Assembly: GCA_038496445.1 (NCBI GenBank)
Contig: JALMLS010000062.1
Span: 620,001 to 684,000 of the forward strand
DNA from: Trichosphaerium sp. ATCC 40318
Lineage: Eukaryota > Protista > Tubulinea
Length of the DNA stretch: 64,000 nt
Direction of reading: 5' to 3'
The position numbers and the translations under genes were made by a program. Positions 50,801 to 64,000 of this stretch are shown here, piece by piece. The notes beneath the pieces are model-generated. The model had not been told where the DNA came from and searched no databases. It worked only from the letters and a program-made list of their open reading frames with translations. Every line of letters starts with the position of its first letter. Within the stretch, counting starts at the first letter, position 1.

Positions 50801-53800
50801 TTACTTTATTGGATACTTGATATTGATTACCTTTTGTTAGTGAGCAAGCCATGGCGCGCATGAGACAGAGTACACGTGGTGTTAATGTTAAATCAGAGGT
50901 TAGTGATGATCACCCTCTTGCCAAATCATTCTCGACCATTCCTGCCACTGCACACTCTGCCAATATTCAGAGAAAGCGTAGACAAGAGAGAGAACAACAA
51001 GCTGCTTTCCAGCGTAGAGTAAAGGCTTTACGAAGATGGGTCCATGCCTACGATAATTGGAAAGAATGGCAAGATAGTTCTCTTATGCCGAAAGGCAGAA
51101 AGACTGAGCTACCTCCTGAGTCTCCTATTCAAGGCGTCATCTCGTTCGTGAAGAGCGTTATAAGTGTAAAGGAGTTGGAGAAAGTAATCAAGGTCAATGT
51201 AACAAGAGCAAAGTCACGTGTTCAAGGTCTAGCCTTCTACAACCAACTCTTGTGCTTCTGCTCATTTGGATCAGTGCGCCATCAGCTCCTTAGCTCAATA
51301 GGAGCACCTCTAGGATCTGGACACTACCTTGACAACATATACACATGTGGAGAGGAACTAACGAACAAGGTGTCCGCCGAGTTTGCTGCATTGTTCCAAA
51401 AGTTTTCAGACATTGCTCACAATACAAAACTCGATCCGACTTCTCGTCTGTACGCTCTCAAGATATACGCGTTATCGTACAAGGACTTTGATGTTCAACT
51501 ATTGACCAGCACAAATGCATTTGGTTTATTGCGTAACATCATCTCTGAGAAATCTAAAGTCAAAGCCATCGCTGCTGTTGATGCAATGGACGTTGATACA
51601 CCTTTGCAAAATGGAGGAGACAATGTGACAAAACAACAGCAAGATCAAGAAGAGCAAGAGCTTCAAGAACAGCACCAACGTGAAGAAACCTTGCGACACT
51701 CTGCTTGGAATGCTTTTAGATTGCTTGCTGCTCAGTGTATTGAATGGGGCATTGGTAGAAAAACATCTGACCCTGTTCAAGATCAAGTACGTCAACTACT
51801 GAATGTTTATATCTCTTGTCTATCTAACTCTTGGTTGTAGGTATTTACATTAATGTGTCTCGAACTGAAGAGACTCTCTGAAAGTCTTAAAAAAGGAGAG
51901 AATTCAGTAAAGGGCTCAGAAGAGGATAGAGAGCAATGCTTCCAATTGCTTTCATTGTTGTACCTTCTGGGTGGATCACAAACACATTTACGTGCTTCTG
52001 AGAATGTTGATAACTTGATAACCCTACTCGATGAGACTACCGCACCAAGATCACAACGTCTCATTTTAAGGTATGTACCAAAAGTTACAGTGTTCCAGAA
52101 ACCTTTTTTTGCTAACACCCTTCTTTCAGATTGTGCCGAAGAATCTTACCGGTACAAACCAAGGCTGATCCAAAACTTATTACGTTCTTCCTCGATGAGA
52201 TTGGTCGTTGGCTGTTTAAGGGAAAATACCAACAACCAAACACTGTTGATACTCCTAGACAACCTGAAGAGCCTAAAGCCGTAAGTTTATCATATGATTG
52301 TGAAACATGTTGACGTTACTATCTAGGCACCTACACAAGCCGATGACGAAGATAGCGACTCTGAAGAAGAGCCAGCACAGTCCACCGAACGCTACGCTGT
52401 ATATATTCACTCTTGGGCGCTCGGTTACAAGCGTCTTGTTGAGGCTTGCGTGCAAGTTTTCGACGCTGATTTCCTAAGACAAGCTGGATCAAATGCTGGA
52501 TACGGTAGGTTTGCAGCACAAAATGCTGAAGCCAAAGCACAACAAACCATTCAAGAGATACAATCCAAAGAAAAAGCTTTATTGAAGGTTGGTACTGAAG
52601 ACCAGTGCAAACGTCTTGCTGCTGCTCTTGGTGGCTCAGGTGCTACAGTATCAGTCACTCTCGCACCCGATGAAGATGGTGACGAAACACAAGAAGGTCA
52701 AGAAGTGACGCCAAATCAAAGTAAGGTCAAAAATAATCCACAACATTGGGCAGATGGTTACGCTGCATATTCGCTATCATCTGAACATATCGCACTTGTT
52801 CGATACCTGATGCACTCGCCTACCTGGGCAAAAGTCATTCGTGATGAATTGAAGGTAACGAGTGAATGCTGTAAAGCAAAAACTTTTAAACTAACAAACT
52901 GCATAGAACAACCTTCTGAACATACCTAAAGTAATGCAAATATTGCAAGACGGAGGTAGCGATATCAGTCAGATCGTACCAAGAACGTTGGCTGCACTAT
53001 GTATAGTTGGTGGCTTCCATGAGGTATGCTAGTAGAACGATTGGATTAGATTGTATGTCTGATTCTCACTGTTTTAATTTAGAATATTCGTATCGGTGGT
53101 AAAGTAAGCACAATGATAGGAAGTGATGATACTCGTTTCGCCACAGTGGTTGGCTACCAACCTGGTATCTCATCAATAGCCGAGGTAGTCTATGACGATG
53201 ATCCTACAACAACTATTCACAAGTTGGATACCAAACTACTACAGCCTTCAACTGAGATTAAACTTCATAGAGACGTCATTGAGAAGATAGTACCTGATGT
53301 ACGTGTTGGCTATGTCTCGTTGGTTTGTTATTTACTAACTTATGTTGTCATTAGCTATTACCATCGTTCCTGTCTGTTATTAGATCTTCGAATGAAATGG
53401 ACGTTGATTCTAGTGCTATGTCAACACAGGGCAAGGGATTATACCCAGAATTTGTTTCTAGATCCCTCGCTGCTCTTTGTGAATTGTCAAAAACATCACA
53501 AGCAGCTAACCTCATATTATCATTGGGCAAAGACAAGGTATGTTCCTGTTTACTTATATATCACGAAAATGTTTTAACTTAACACTTGTGATAGATATCG
53601 ACAATGATAGATATGGCAAAAGGCTCAGACTCTCGTGTCAGTGCTTCTGACATGGAACGTGATGCATTCTATCTTGCTCAACGTCTATGGAACATTGTAA
53701 CCTCACCTGTATCCAACGAAAAAATTGGAAACTCGATGAAGTCTATCCTACCATATTTCCTTCATGCTAAGATGGTTGATATTACGCCTACTTGTTTCAA

Positions 53801-56800
53801 GTATGTTATATTTTACTCCTTGGATTTTATTTTAAACTAAGTGGACTATTAGGTTGGTTAAGAACAAACAACAGCAGCAAGGTCTAATCTTCTGGGGAGA
53901 TGATATGCGTACCATTGAGCTCACAAACGGTCGCTTCTCTGGCGGCGGTGGACGAGGTGGTCGTGGCTCCCTATTTGGCGGTGGGTATGGTTCTCGACCT
54001 CCTGGTAGAAAAGGAGAACAGTTATTCCATGCCAATGTTGCTATTCCCGTTAAAGTTCCAGAGTTTTACTTTGAAGTTGAGATAATCAAAGCTGATTCCA
54101 ACTCAAGTATTGTCAGTGTTGGTTTTGCACCTGAAGGTCAAACGACGTGGGGACAAGGAAGTTATAGATACCAAGCCAATAGAGTGCGTACATGGTTCGT
54201 TAATGGTGCTAGACGCCAGGAAGCTTATGGCGCCCACTATCGTGCCAAGTGTGTTATTGGCTGTGGATGGAAAAAGAATGGAGGTGTTATTTTCTTCACA
54301 AAGGACGGAGAAGACCTTGGAGAGGTGACCAACTTGCTTTATTTAAAACCTTAGTTTGTATTATATTGACTTTTTGTTGTAGGCCTTTAATTCTGTACAA
54401 TTGGGCAATTTATTGCCTTGTATCGGTCTAAGCAAGGGTGTCAAAGTCAAAATCAACTTTGGCCAAGAAAAATTCAAGTATGTCATGGTACCAGACGAAA
54501 ATATCGACCCTGAAGAGCTTGCTCGTCGTAAGAAGGAGAGTGATGAAAGACGTAAACGTGATATTGAAGAAGAAGAAAAACGACGCAAGAAAGAAAAGGA
54601 AGATCGCGATGCTGCCCAGAAGGAAGCAGCACAACCAATGATTGCTATGGGATACGAACTAAAACAAGCCATACGCGCCCTTGAAGCTACAGGCTATCAA
54701 GGTATTGAACCTGCAATCAACTGGCTCCTTGACAACGGCGATGCTGGATTTGAAGAGGAAGAAGAACCAAAACCAGAAGAGCCTGAAGAGGATACAACTG
54801 CTAAACCTGATGACAAAGGTAAAGCTGAGGATGACGGAACAGGAGAACCTGATTCTAGTGATCCTAACACTCCAGCCGAAGAAGGATACAATCCAAAGAG
54901 CAGTCAAAGTTATCAATTGCCTGATGGTTACACATACCCAGCTGATTTCTTGCTTTCCCAAGAGGATGCTAAACAAAACGATATGTTAACTGAATGGGAA
55001 GAAAGAGTAATACCTGAGATTAAGGCTTGGATGGAGAAGGATGGATACCCTCGCTTTGAAGTGTCAGAGTATATTCAACAAATTAAAAATGAGTTGATGA
55101 ATGGTGACGAAAACTCAGCACGCACAATGGTCTTACAAATTCTTGGTGACTCATCTGCTAATATAAGGTACTGTTTGATTGTTTTTATGCGTGTCCTTGT
55201 TCTAATAGTTGTAAGGTTACCTTCCGGCACAAGCCAAGCTGCCAAGTCTCAACCGAAGAAACAACAACTTGATATTGATCGTGTTGTTGTTGGTTTACTT
55301 TTGTCGGTTAAAGAACAAGACCCAACTGATATCTCATCTCGTCATTGGCTCTCTGCAATGAACGCTACAATGGGTAGAATTGGTTGTGTTAAAGCTGTAG
55401 ATAGAAAGGAGAACCTCATCTTTTTGGAGTTCTACGATCCAGAATCTGGTGTTCTTAAAGAGTGGTGGTTCCCAGTTCAGACTCTACAACGCCCTGCTGC
55501 CACACAAACAGGAGTTGAAAAGTCTTTAAATATACCATTCGTGAATGCTGCCTATGATACAGTGCAACAACAGCTTGTAACCACAGAATCACAACTCGGC
55601 CGTATATACATGCGCAGAATTGTGTTATCCTTGTTGAGGCATACTGGCTTGGATAAGAACGGTACGTTTAGAAATCAAATTTGGATCTCCTTTTTGTGGC
55701 TTATTTTTCTGTTAAGGTTTGAATGTTGATGATCTACTTCAACTGAGTGCTGCGGAATACATGTCATCTGATACTGTTATTGCTACTAATAAACTACTTC
55801 GTGGTAGCGAGACTGTTAAGGGTATGGAATTGATTGACAGCAAGCTTGTTGAGCTGTACAAGAGAGGAAGTGAGGCAGAACTGACACAATTGCTATCAAC
55901 GAAGGCTGTTAAAATGCTACGCAGATTTGGTAAACGTATGATAGACAACCAATCCATTGTCAATGCTAAAAACGTACGACTTGGTCCTATATTCATAAAC
56001 AAACCCAAGAGAACGAGCTTACTAATTTCTTAGGTTGGTACAATCACAAAGATTAGCGTACCTGACACCAGGTCAATGATGGTTGTATTTGATCGATCCA
56101 CAAACCTGCCTGCTGATTCTAAAGGAAAACTTGGCTTCTACCTAGACGCTGAGTGCACCAAACCTGTAAAGGTATTCCCTGGTGTTGGACCGTTCCTCCC
56201 ATTCGTTATTGATGCCAATGAATCATTCATTCGTCTAAAGGTACTATTTCTATTCCATCATCTCTTCAGTTTATACTGACCTTGTTTTAAAAGGCCAAAT
56301 CGAAGATTGCCAATTGCAAGTTCAAGCTAGACGCATTGCCACTATCAGTGAATGCACCTCTAAGTAAATGGCTTGTTGAGTTCATTGTAGATCAAGGCTT
56401 TAAATTATCGCCTACATCACCTGACCTTGTACCTGTATTCAACTGTATTCTAGATTTTATATACCATTCAAAAACACCTTCCAATCTAAAGGAGGGTATG
56501 TATAACCTCTTGGCATCTACTTTCGGACGTCTAAGAAGAGACAGCGCTGGAAGAGAGACGCTAAAGAAACTTCCTTTGAAGGTACTATTTTTTCAAAAAA
56601 AAAATGGAGTTGACAGGTTTGTTTTCTTATGCTGTCTGTAGCGCCTTTCAAAGCTGAAACAAGAAATGCAATACCTTTATGAACAAGAGACAAAGAGGGG
56701 TGTATTACACTCTACGTACTTGCAGAGCTTAACAGAATTCATGGTTGAGGTCAAACTATTCGATCTTGAAGTCAAAGCAATGCGTCGTTCTAGAATGAAA

Positions 56801-59800
56801 AAAGACGATACACTCTCTGTTGCTATTTATTTAAGCTCCTTCCTTGAATTAAAGAAGGAATCTATCGAAAAGGCATCCAAAGGTGCGTTAATAAGAACAC
56901 TCCGCGTTTCATTGTTCGTTTAGCGAGCTAACCGTATTATCAAGGTGAGAAGGCCAAAACAGAGCCATCAGGCGATAGTGAGTTGGAACGTGCCCTCAAA
57001 GCCTCCCTCGCAAACGCCAATGCAGGAGAAGATGCTCCTGCAACTCAAGCCCAGGATGATGCATCATCTGGAGGATCCCTATCATGTTCAGGATCTGATT
57101 CTGAGGACGCCGATTTTAAGGCTGCTCTTGAAGCCTCTGTTCAGTCTTTTGGTGGTGACGCCGCTCCAATGGAAGTTGACGCTCAACCAACTCCAGTAAA
57201 ATTGGATTTTGATGTCGCCAACGATGATGAAGACGATGACGATGAAGAAGAAGCAATGCGTGCAGCCATCGCAGCCTCTCTTGCAACCCACGAACCAGAA
57301 AATGCCGGAGAAGGACAAGCCGATTCTATGGAAGTGGACAAGCCTGAAGAAGCTGCTGATGATACCAAACCTTCTGAAGATAAGTCAGAGGATAAACCAG
57401 AAGAAAAGCCTGAGGATAAAGAACCTGAAAACAAGGAAGAAGAAGAGCCTAAAGAACCTATTGACGACAACCAAAACCAAGGTGGACTTGCACCTCCGCC
57501 TGTTCCAAACATGTTTGGCTTTGGTGGTGTAGGTGGCGAAGAAGATGACTTAGCCATGGCTATACGTCTCTCAATGGCTCAAGGTGACGGTGAAGGCTTT
57601 AGTATCCCGGCAGATATGGATCCAAACATGCCTATGCAGATAGACTTGAACCGTGTACTTCAAGAGTCACTTGGTGGCGCTGATTTGGGATTCCCATTTG
57701 GTGCTCCAAACAATCAAGATGACAACCAAGACAATCAACCTAAGGATGACGATAAGGCTGAAAACGATGGAAACGACAATAAGGATACTGGTGATAAACC
57801 AGACGAGCCTATGAAGGACGTTGAACCTAATGTCGATGGTGCTGAACCTAAAACACCAGCTCCACCAAAACCACGTAAGTTTTTTTGTTTTAAATCTATG
57901 GATTTTGTATTGTTGTTTGTTTAACTCTTTTATGTGTTTAGCTACTGGTTTCCCTAAACCTCCTACGAAAAAGACTAAGTCTAGAAGGTCTCGACCTACT
58001 GAAACCGACTGGTTCATTAAGATTTGTGCAGTAACACAAGTCTTGGATGTTCTTTGCTTCAGAAAAAAGAAGGCTTATCCTTTCCGCCGTCAAGTGCTTC
58101 ATGATTTGACAAGGAAGAGCTGGCAGGAAACAAAGAAGGAGACTATCAAACCACGGATCATTATGGTTGAGAATCTTCCTTGTGTTCCTCTTGATCGCCA
58201 CTCAGAACTCGTTTCTACACTTGCTGTAGTTTTCGATGACTTGATCGCAAGTGTCCGTAATAGCCTTTATGTACCTTTCGATCATGCCAACAAGATAAGT
58301 TGCAAGTACGTCAATCCCTTTATTTAAATCCAAGCCTACTTGTGTGCTAATCATAAACTACCTAGCTTTGGTTTTGTTGAAATACAGAGCTTGTCTAAGG
58401 TTGACGAAGCAATTGAAAAGCTTTCCAAGTATAAATTCAAACTCCCTCAACAACTAAAGGATGTTGTTCCTAAAACAGATAAGACATCTTATTCATTAAA
58501 AGCAAAGAGCTTTTTGGAGCTAGAAACGAACAAAGACCCACGTGTAACAATTGTACGTCATTTCAAAAAAATTAGTACATGTAAGCGCTGACCTCTTTTT
58601 GTTTTAGTTCCTTAAAGGACTGTTGTATGACGAGAGCAAAAAAGAATTATCTCCTGCCTTCAAGAAAGTGCTATCAGAGGTGTTCGTTTTATTCGCTGGA
58701 GACAAAGCAGGTGTTCTTGGTATGTGGTCACTAAAGAAAGATTGTTACTTTATTCAACACATTACTTATTGGTTTTTTTTACTACAGACTTTAAAGCGTT
58801 ATCTGCACTACAGCTTCAATCAATGGGTGAAAAAATGGATCAAAAGACTTTTGACTTTATAGTATCCAAGTACGATAATAACACAATCGTTCGTGAAGTC
58901 CCAGGTAAAGATGGTGCCGAGTGCGTTTCAGAAAAGATTCATGGTCTAACCCTAAAGGTACGTTGTCTCTGTTTTTTTTTGTTTGGCCTTTCTGTCTAAT
59001 GTACGATAAAGGGATTCATTGCACACTATGAAACAGATCAAGTACCTAACCAAGATCCTGGGTACACTTGGTCAGAGCTAGAGGCTCTGGGTTACGACCT
59101 GCACCTTGAACGCAGTTTCTACTTTAAGCTTGAAGATGCTATTACAGCTATGGAGTCTAATCACTTTGCAAAACTGATTGTTGATGAACAAATTGTTCGT
59201 TATGCTGAAGACCTTGTAGCAGAGTTCGAACTGGCATCTCCTTTGCTTCTAAGTCACTCCCACATCAAACCTATCGAAGAATCAAATTATCTTTCTCAAG
59301 TGTTCCCTCTTGTTGCCAAACTTCCTTTGCCTGCACTAAGGCTCAGGTTCCAAATCTTGCACCACTTGAATACCGCTCTTAAAGATGTGCTATCATGCAT
59401 AAACTTTGGATCAAGCGGATGGCTCTCTCAGACGGTGACAAAGTGTCGTGGGTTAATGTTCCACATGGTCAAGATGACATTCTTCTACAAGGTCTTGGGC
59501 CAAACTGCTGTCAAGGTACTGAATACTTCTGTTTTCGTTTCTAAGAACCCAGATTTTGACTTTTTTTCTTGAAGGTACCACAGCCTACTGTATCTATCAA
59601 CAGGCTCAAACTTGCTGCTGTTAAAGAGAAGGACCCACCAAAATGTCTTGATGATTATCTTAAAAACACGTGCTTTGGTATTACATTCCATCACTTGAAG
59701 AAGACCCCACCATCACACTTTAGACAAAAGAAACCTCCTGGCGCAGAACCTCACTTTGCCTTGAAGATTGACTTTAAAGGAGAAAACGTTGAGGGTGAAG

Positions 59801-61093
59801 GTGGTCCATACCGACAATTCTTTACTGATATCTCACGTGAGCTCACACACGTGCTACCGCTATTGATACCTTGCCCTAATGCCATTACTGGCACTGGTAC
59901 GCTTATTTTCGATGTAGAATGGTTTTTTTTTTGTTCTGACATTTCACCTAAGGTAAGAACCAAGATAAGTATATTACAGCTCCATCGTGCAAATCCCGAG
60001 TTCATTTGGAAATGTACAAGTTCCTTGGTAAATTGATGGGCATGGCTATACGAACAGGCGTCATGTTGACAATTGACTTTCCAGAGTTCTTTTGGAAGCC
60101 TCTTGTTGGACAACCATTAGAGCTAGCGGATCTCAGTAAGGTCGACAAGTCGCTTTATGGGTTCCTTGAGTTTATCAAAAACTGCGAACGCGAGGTACCT
60201 ATATTTCTAACTAATACCAGCGGAATGCTGACTCCTTTGTCAAGGATCTTGAAGGACCAAACCGCAAGATATTCGAAAAGTTCCAAATATTGCTAAGCGA
60301 TAAGACTGAAGTGTTATTGAAGCCTCATGGTGACCAAATAGATGTCAACTGGGCAAACAGAGGAGAATATGTTGATTTAGTCATTTCTAAACGACTACAT
60401 GAAGCTAGAGCTCAGACTAACGCCATACGTGAAGGTACGTACCTAACAAAGATACTGTAGTATTTCTTGAGTGCATAAGCTAATAATCTGTTTAGGTATG
60501 AACTCTGTTGTACCACCTATGCTCATGAAGATATGCACTTGGCGCGATTTAGAATGGCGCGTCTGTGGCAAACCAATCATTGACATTAAGCTCCTTAAAC
60601 GTCATACAGAATATAGTGGTGTTCTTCCTACTGCACCTCATATTATGTACTTTTGGCAGACACTGCAGAGCTTCTCTCAGGAAGATAGAAGGTAAACAAT
60701 CGTTAACCCTCAATAATATCAAGAAAAAAAAAAGGATTTTTCTTGAGGTGCAATATCTTCGTGATACTTATCTTTGTTAATAGAGCGTTTGTTCGCTTTG
60801 CATGGGCACAAGAGAGACTACCAGGTTCTGATCAAGAATTCGAACGCACACGGACACGCATGTTGATCAAACCGTTCGATACATCTAACCCTGATAATTG
60901 CTTCCCAAAGGCTGATACTTGTTTCTTCAACCTTATGCTCCCAGCCTACTCTAGTGCTGAAATTCTGCGTAAGCAGTTCTTGTTTGCTATCCACACAGAC
61001 GCTGACTCTATGGATGCGGATGATCCTCAAGAAGAGGAACCACTAGGACGGCCTACACGAACAGGATTATCGGCCTTTTTGGATTTTAGGTAA
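44817..61093 (+). CDS. Giant HECT E3 ubiquitin ligase (HECTD4-like): ESKHPY/CUB-like, SPRY, UBA, UIMs, RRM-like, HECT; many exons
   Basis: ACDGTYLY...GGLSKIGTG, VVESKHPY, SPRY FYFEVEI...IGCG...IFFTKDGEDLG, UBA AMGYELKQAIRALEATG...AINWLL, UIMs, HECT FKGENVEGEGGPYRQFF...FAWAQERLP...PKADTCFFNLMLPAYSS. Confidence 0.92.
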
Positions 61094-61304
61094 ACCTTTT
61101 GCCAATTCACAAAAAAAAGTGTAAACATTTTTCAACCGAACCAAAAAACAAACCTGAACAGACCCTATTGGCATATTTTGTAAATTGTACCACAATATCC
61201 ATGCAATAAATGTACAGATCCTACCTGTAAAAAGTGTCTTTTGAGTCATTGATCAAAAAAAGTTGGACAGAAAAGCAATTTCACGTATTTCTATGGTACA
61301 CGTG

Positions 61305-61618
61305 TCAAAATGTGAAGGTACGTATGTACTGCTTACTTTAGCTCTACGTTGAACATTATTTTAGCAATTGGACAGTGTGTTTCACGTTTATAGTAAACCT
61401 GTTTCTGCTAAAGCTCAATTTCATGGATGGCTAATATATTTAGCAATGCTTATTGTTTTATGCACGCACATTAACATGCGCTGTCTATTCGACTAACTCA
61501 CAAAATGTGTTTCTTGTTGAAATTGGAACTGTAAACAATGCAACCTAACTATGAAAACGAATAGTAGTAAAACTTGGGTACTTTATTTAGTTTTACATTC
61601 GATTGGAGTGCCAAGATC
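61305..61618. repeat. Inverted duplicate of the B1 3' flank (34189-~34485)
   Basis: Reverse complement of gatcttggcactcc...ttgtttacagttccaatttcaacaagaaacac...gtgaaacacactg...gtaagcagtaca. Confidence 0.9.
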
Positions 61619-62011
61619 TCAGCAGCTTCCACAAGCAGCTTCGCTCCAGCAACACCATTTATCACTTCTTATGCGAAAGCATAGTGGAGATCCAGGGTAG
61701 CAGTATGCAGTTGAACCTATCAAAATAAACGTGAGATACTGAACAACACATTTTTCTTTTCACATACATTGACCATTCTTTTCACGACCACGTTTACGCC
61801 ATCCAGGAGGACACCATCCATTTGTATCACATGTTTCACCACACAACAGTGGTCCTTGCTATACAAACAATAGTTAGAAAAGGAAATGTAAGAGGAGATC
61901 TTGACTTACTTCAGTTGCTCGTTTAGCTCTTTCACTGAGCTCATTAGATTGGACCGCCAAGGCAACAGTTAATGCCATGAGTACAAAAGCGAAAAGTGTT
62001 GTTGTTTGCAT
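61619..62011 (-). CDS. Secreted 10-Cys prepropeptide, leader type A, copy A3
   Basis: MQTTTLFAFVLMALTVALAVQSNELSERAKR-ATE plus the identical core; TGA stop. Confidence 0.9.
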
Positions 62012-62345
62012 TGTTCTATGAGGTGTGGTTGTTCTTGTTATGGTTTGTATTTATGACTGGAAGGTCAATATGATTTAAGTCTCCATTTCACTTGAATTTT
62101 ACGGTAAATTATATTTGTTTCACTATCGTAAGTCTACTTTGCAAAACCCAGATAGAATAGTGTTGTTGTTTTAGTATATTGATGACTAACGATCATGGAT
62201 AACAAGTGTTGGATTTAGCGAAAAAGAAATGTGGTAAACAGCTTATGATACTTTTATTCAGTGAATATGAAGACTTAAATCGTCTAAGTGCATTCAAACA
62301 AAACCAATTTACAAAACCTCAACCAACAACAAACCTCATCTTCAA
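62012..62345. promoter_or_regulatory. Bidirectional promoter of peptide pair 3
   Basis: Homologous to the other two spacers. Confidence 0.7.
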
Positions 62346-62766
62346 ATGAAAACAACAATATTATTTGTATTGGTGACTTTGGCATTGATACCAATTGCCT
62401 TGACGACCCAATCTAAGCATGCTCAAGACTCTGAAGAAATGCCAGATATGCACGAAAAGAGATCAACTGAGGTATGTCGACACTTGCTACTTTTACATTG
62501 TATTGTTAATTAACATGCGATTTAGCAAGGACCACTGTTGTGTGGCGAAACATGTGATACAAATGGATGGTGTCCTCCTGGATGGCGTAAACGTGGTCGT
62601 GAAAAGAATGGTCAATGTATGTGAAAATCAAATATTGGTAACACTTCTTTAATACTAACCTTTATTAGGTTCAACTGCATACTGCTACCCTGGATCTCCA
62701 TTATGCTTTCGCATAAGAAGTGATAAATGGTGTTGCTGGAGCGAAGCTGCTTGTGGAAGTTGCTAA
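62346..62766 (+). CDS. Secreted 10-Cys prepropeptide, leader type B, copy B3
   Basis: MKTTILFVLVTLALIPIALTTQSKHAQDSEEMPDMHEKR-STE plus the identical core. Confidence 0.9.
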
Positions 62767-62914
62767 GATTGCAAAGCCACACTTGTTGTGCCACATATCA
62801 TTGTAAAGAATCAATAAAAGTGCCAACAAGTAGAATCAGACTCAGTTTACTAACTAAAGTGCTGGTTGTATCAAAATGTAGCATAAATATCAGTCACAAT
62901 TCTTCGGCCAATGA
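62767..62914. repeat. Inverted duplicate of the A2 3' flank (~34826-34976)
   Basis: tcattgtaaagaatcaataaaag...gtttactaactaaagtgctgg...cataaatatcagtcaca matches the reverse complement of the A2 downstream region. Confidence 0.9.
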
Positions 62915-63451
62915 GGAATTTCGACTCGTAAAAAGTTGAGCGTAAAAATAATATGGTTCAGAGATTTGGTCTTTTTTTGGTTTATTTTTACGCTCAAAAC
63001 TTTTCACTCGTAATCGTAATTTACATGTAAATGTTGTTAGTGAACTACTGAGGCTTAACCTATGTTTTATTAAGTTTACAAGGTTGTTAATAATGACAGT
63101 GCTGTCACAGTGATTGAAAAAAAACCAATTGATTCACTTCTATTGATGAGAGCCTACTGAGCACTTTCTAATGACTTTAAAGTATAACGTTGCAAAAACA
63201 GCGTTAAACAACGTCTCAATGTATCTGAAGAGCTTGTATAAGGACCAATAACAAGTGGTGATCTTTTTTTGTATTAATGACTGTATTGTGCAACCAATAA
63301 ATAAAGTGTTTTTGAATGAGTTACGATTTACGAGTGAAAAGCATTGAGCGTAAAAAAAACGTAAAAAACTAAACCCAAAACTGTCGTAAAACTAAGTCCA
63401 TTCTTTGAAACCAGCAATTTTTACGCTCAGCTTTTTACGAGTCGAAATTCC
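62915..63451. mobile_element. Non-autonomous DNA transposon (MITE), ~537 bp
   Basis: ~35-bp terminal inverted repeats ggaatttcgactcgtaaaaag(t/c)tgagcgtaaaaat with 1 mismatch; subterminal inverted repeats at ~62985-63025 and ~63317-63356; no ORF; flanking trinucleotides tga / tta. Confidence 0.85.
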
Positions 63452-63505
63452 TTAATCCAACACTTGTTATCCATGATCGTTAGTCATCAATATACTAAAA
63501 CAACA

Positions 63506-64000
63506 CTATCTGGGTTTTGCAAAGTAGAGGACTTCACAGTACGGCATGCCGCTGTATTCGAAAAATACGTTGTTGGCGAACGCTTTTTTGCACGTGTGGC
63601 ACGTGAAACAATCTGGATGCCACGTGGCGCCCAAAGCGCTAATGTAGGATCCAAATATTTGTTTGTTACAGGACTTATGCGAAAAGAACGTTTAATATCT
63701 CCGTGGCCTTACTAGAAAGAACGTACTTGCACATTGGAGCAAAACCAGAGTAAAAGCACGATTGGCAGTACGGCTTGCCGGTCCTTGTTTTTCAAAAAAG
63801 TTACCTCCTGGGAACGTACGGATACAATTCATGCAAACAAAGCAGTTCATGTGCCACAGTTTTCCCAGTGCACTTACACCTTGTCCTTGCACCACCTTTT
63901 GAGGGATTAATGGATGACTCATAAAATAGAGATACTCAGTACTGGTTGTACTCTGCACAGACATCGGTGGAGCTGTGCGAGGCGTTTTATTTGCAGATAT
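63506..64000 (-). pseudogene. 3' part of a LIM-domain (paxillin-like) gene with lesions
   Basis: SALGKLWHMNCFVCMNC...FFEK [frameshift] GKPYCQSCFYSGFAPMCK/SCNKQI...WHPDCFTCHTC...PYCEVLY; Zn ligands substituted. Confidence 0.65.

Overview
A gene-dense, AT-rich eukaryotic window using the standard genetic code, with many short (~40-60 nt) GT-AG introns. It is probably a free-living protist, possibly amoebozoan-like; that taxonomy is inference only. The ORF track is fragmented by introns, so genes were reconstructed by hand and internal exon boundaries are approximate. Housekeeping and signalling genes: a pseudokinase, a ChAPs/exomer subunit, CDC25, an ARM-repeat protein, LSM3, an ARM-DH-PH RhoGEF, a receptor tyrosine kinase, an amidase, a His-rich multipass membrane protein, a PA14 + GH63-like hydrolase, an EF-hand fusion, a DUF3754/TMEM143-like protein, a degenerate CDC48-like ATPase, RNF113A/CWC24, a calmodulin-like protein, a ~16 kb HECT E3 ligase and a damaged LIM gene. 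The standout is an unannotated family of six 3-exon genes for a secreted prepro-peptide with 10 Cys. They sit in three head-to-head palindromic pairs (33.1-34.2, 35.0-36.1 and 61.6-62.8 kb). Each pair joins two different signal/pro leaders to an identical exon 2-3 core (QGPLLCGETCDTNGWCPPGWRKRGREKNGQCSTAYCYPGSPLCFRIRSDKWCCWSEAACGSC). The pairs show arm-to-arm homogenisation of synonymous sites, swapped intron and 3' flank linkage consistent with inversion of the central promoter segment, decayed relics, and a MITE at the edge of the distal copy.
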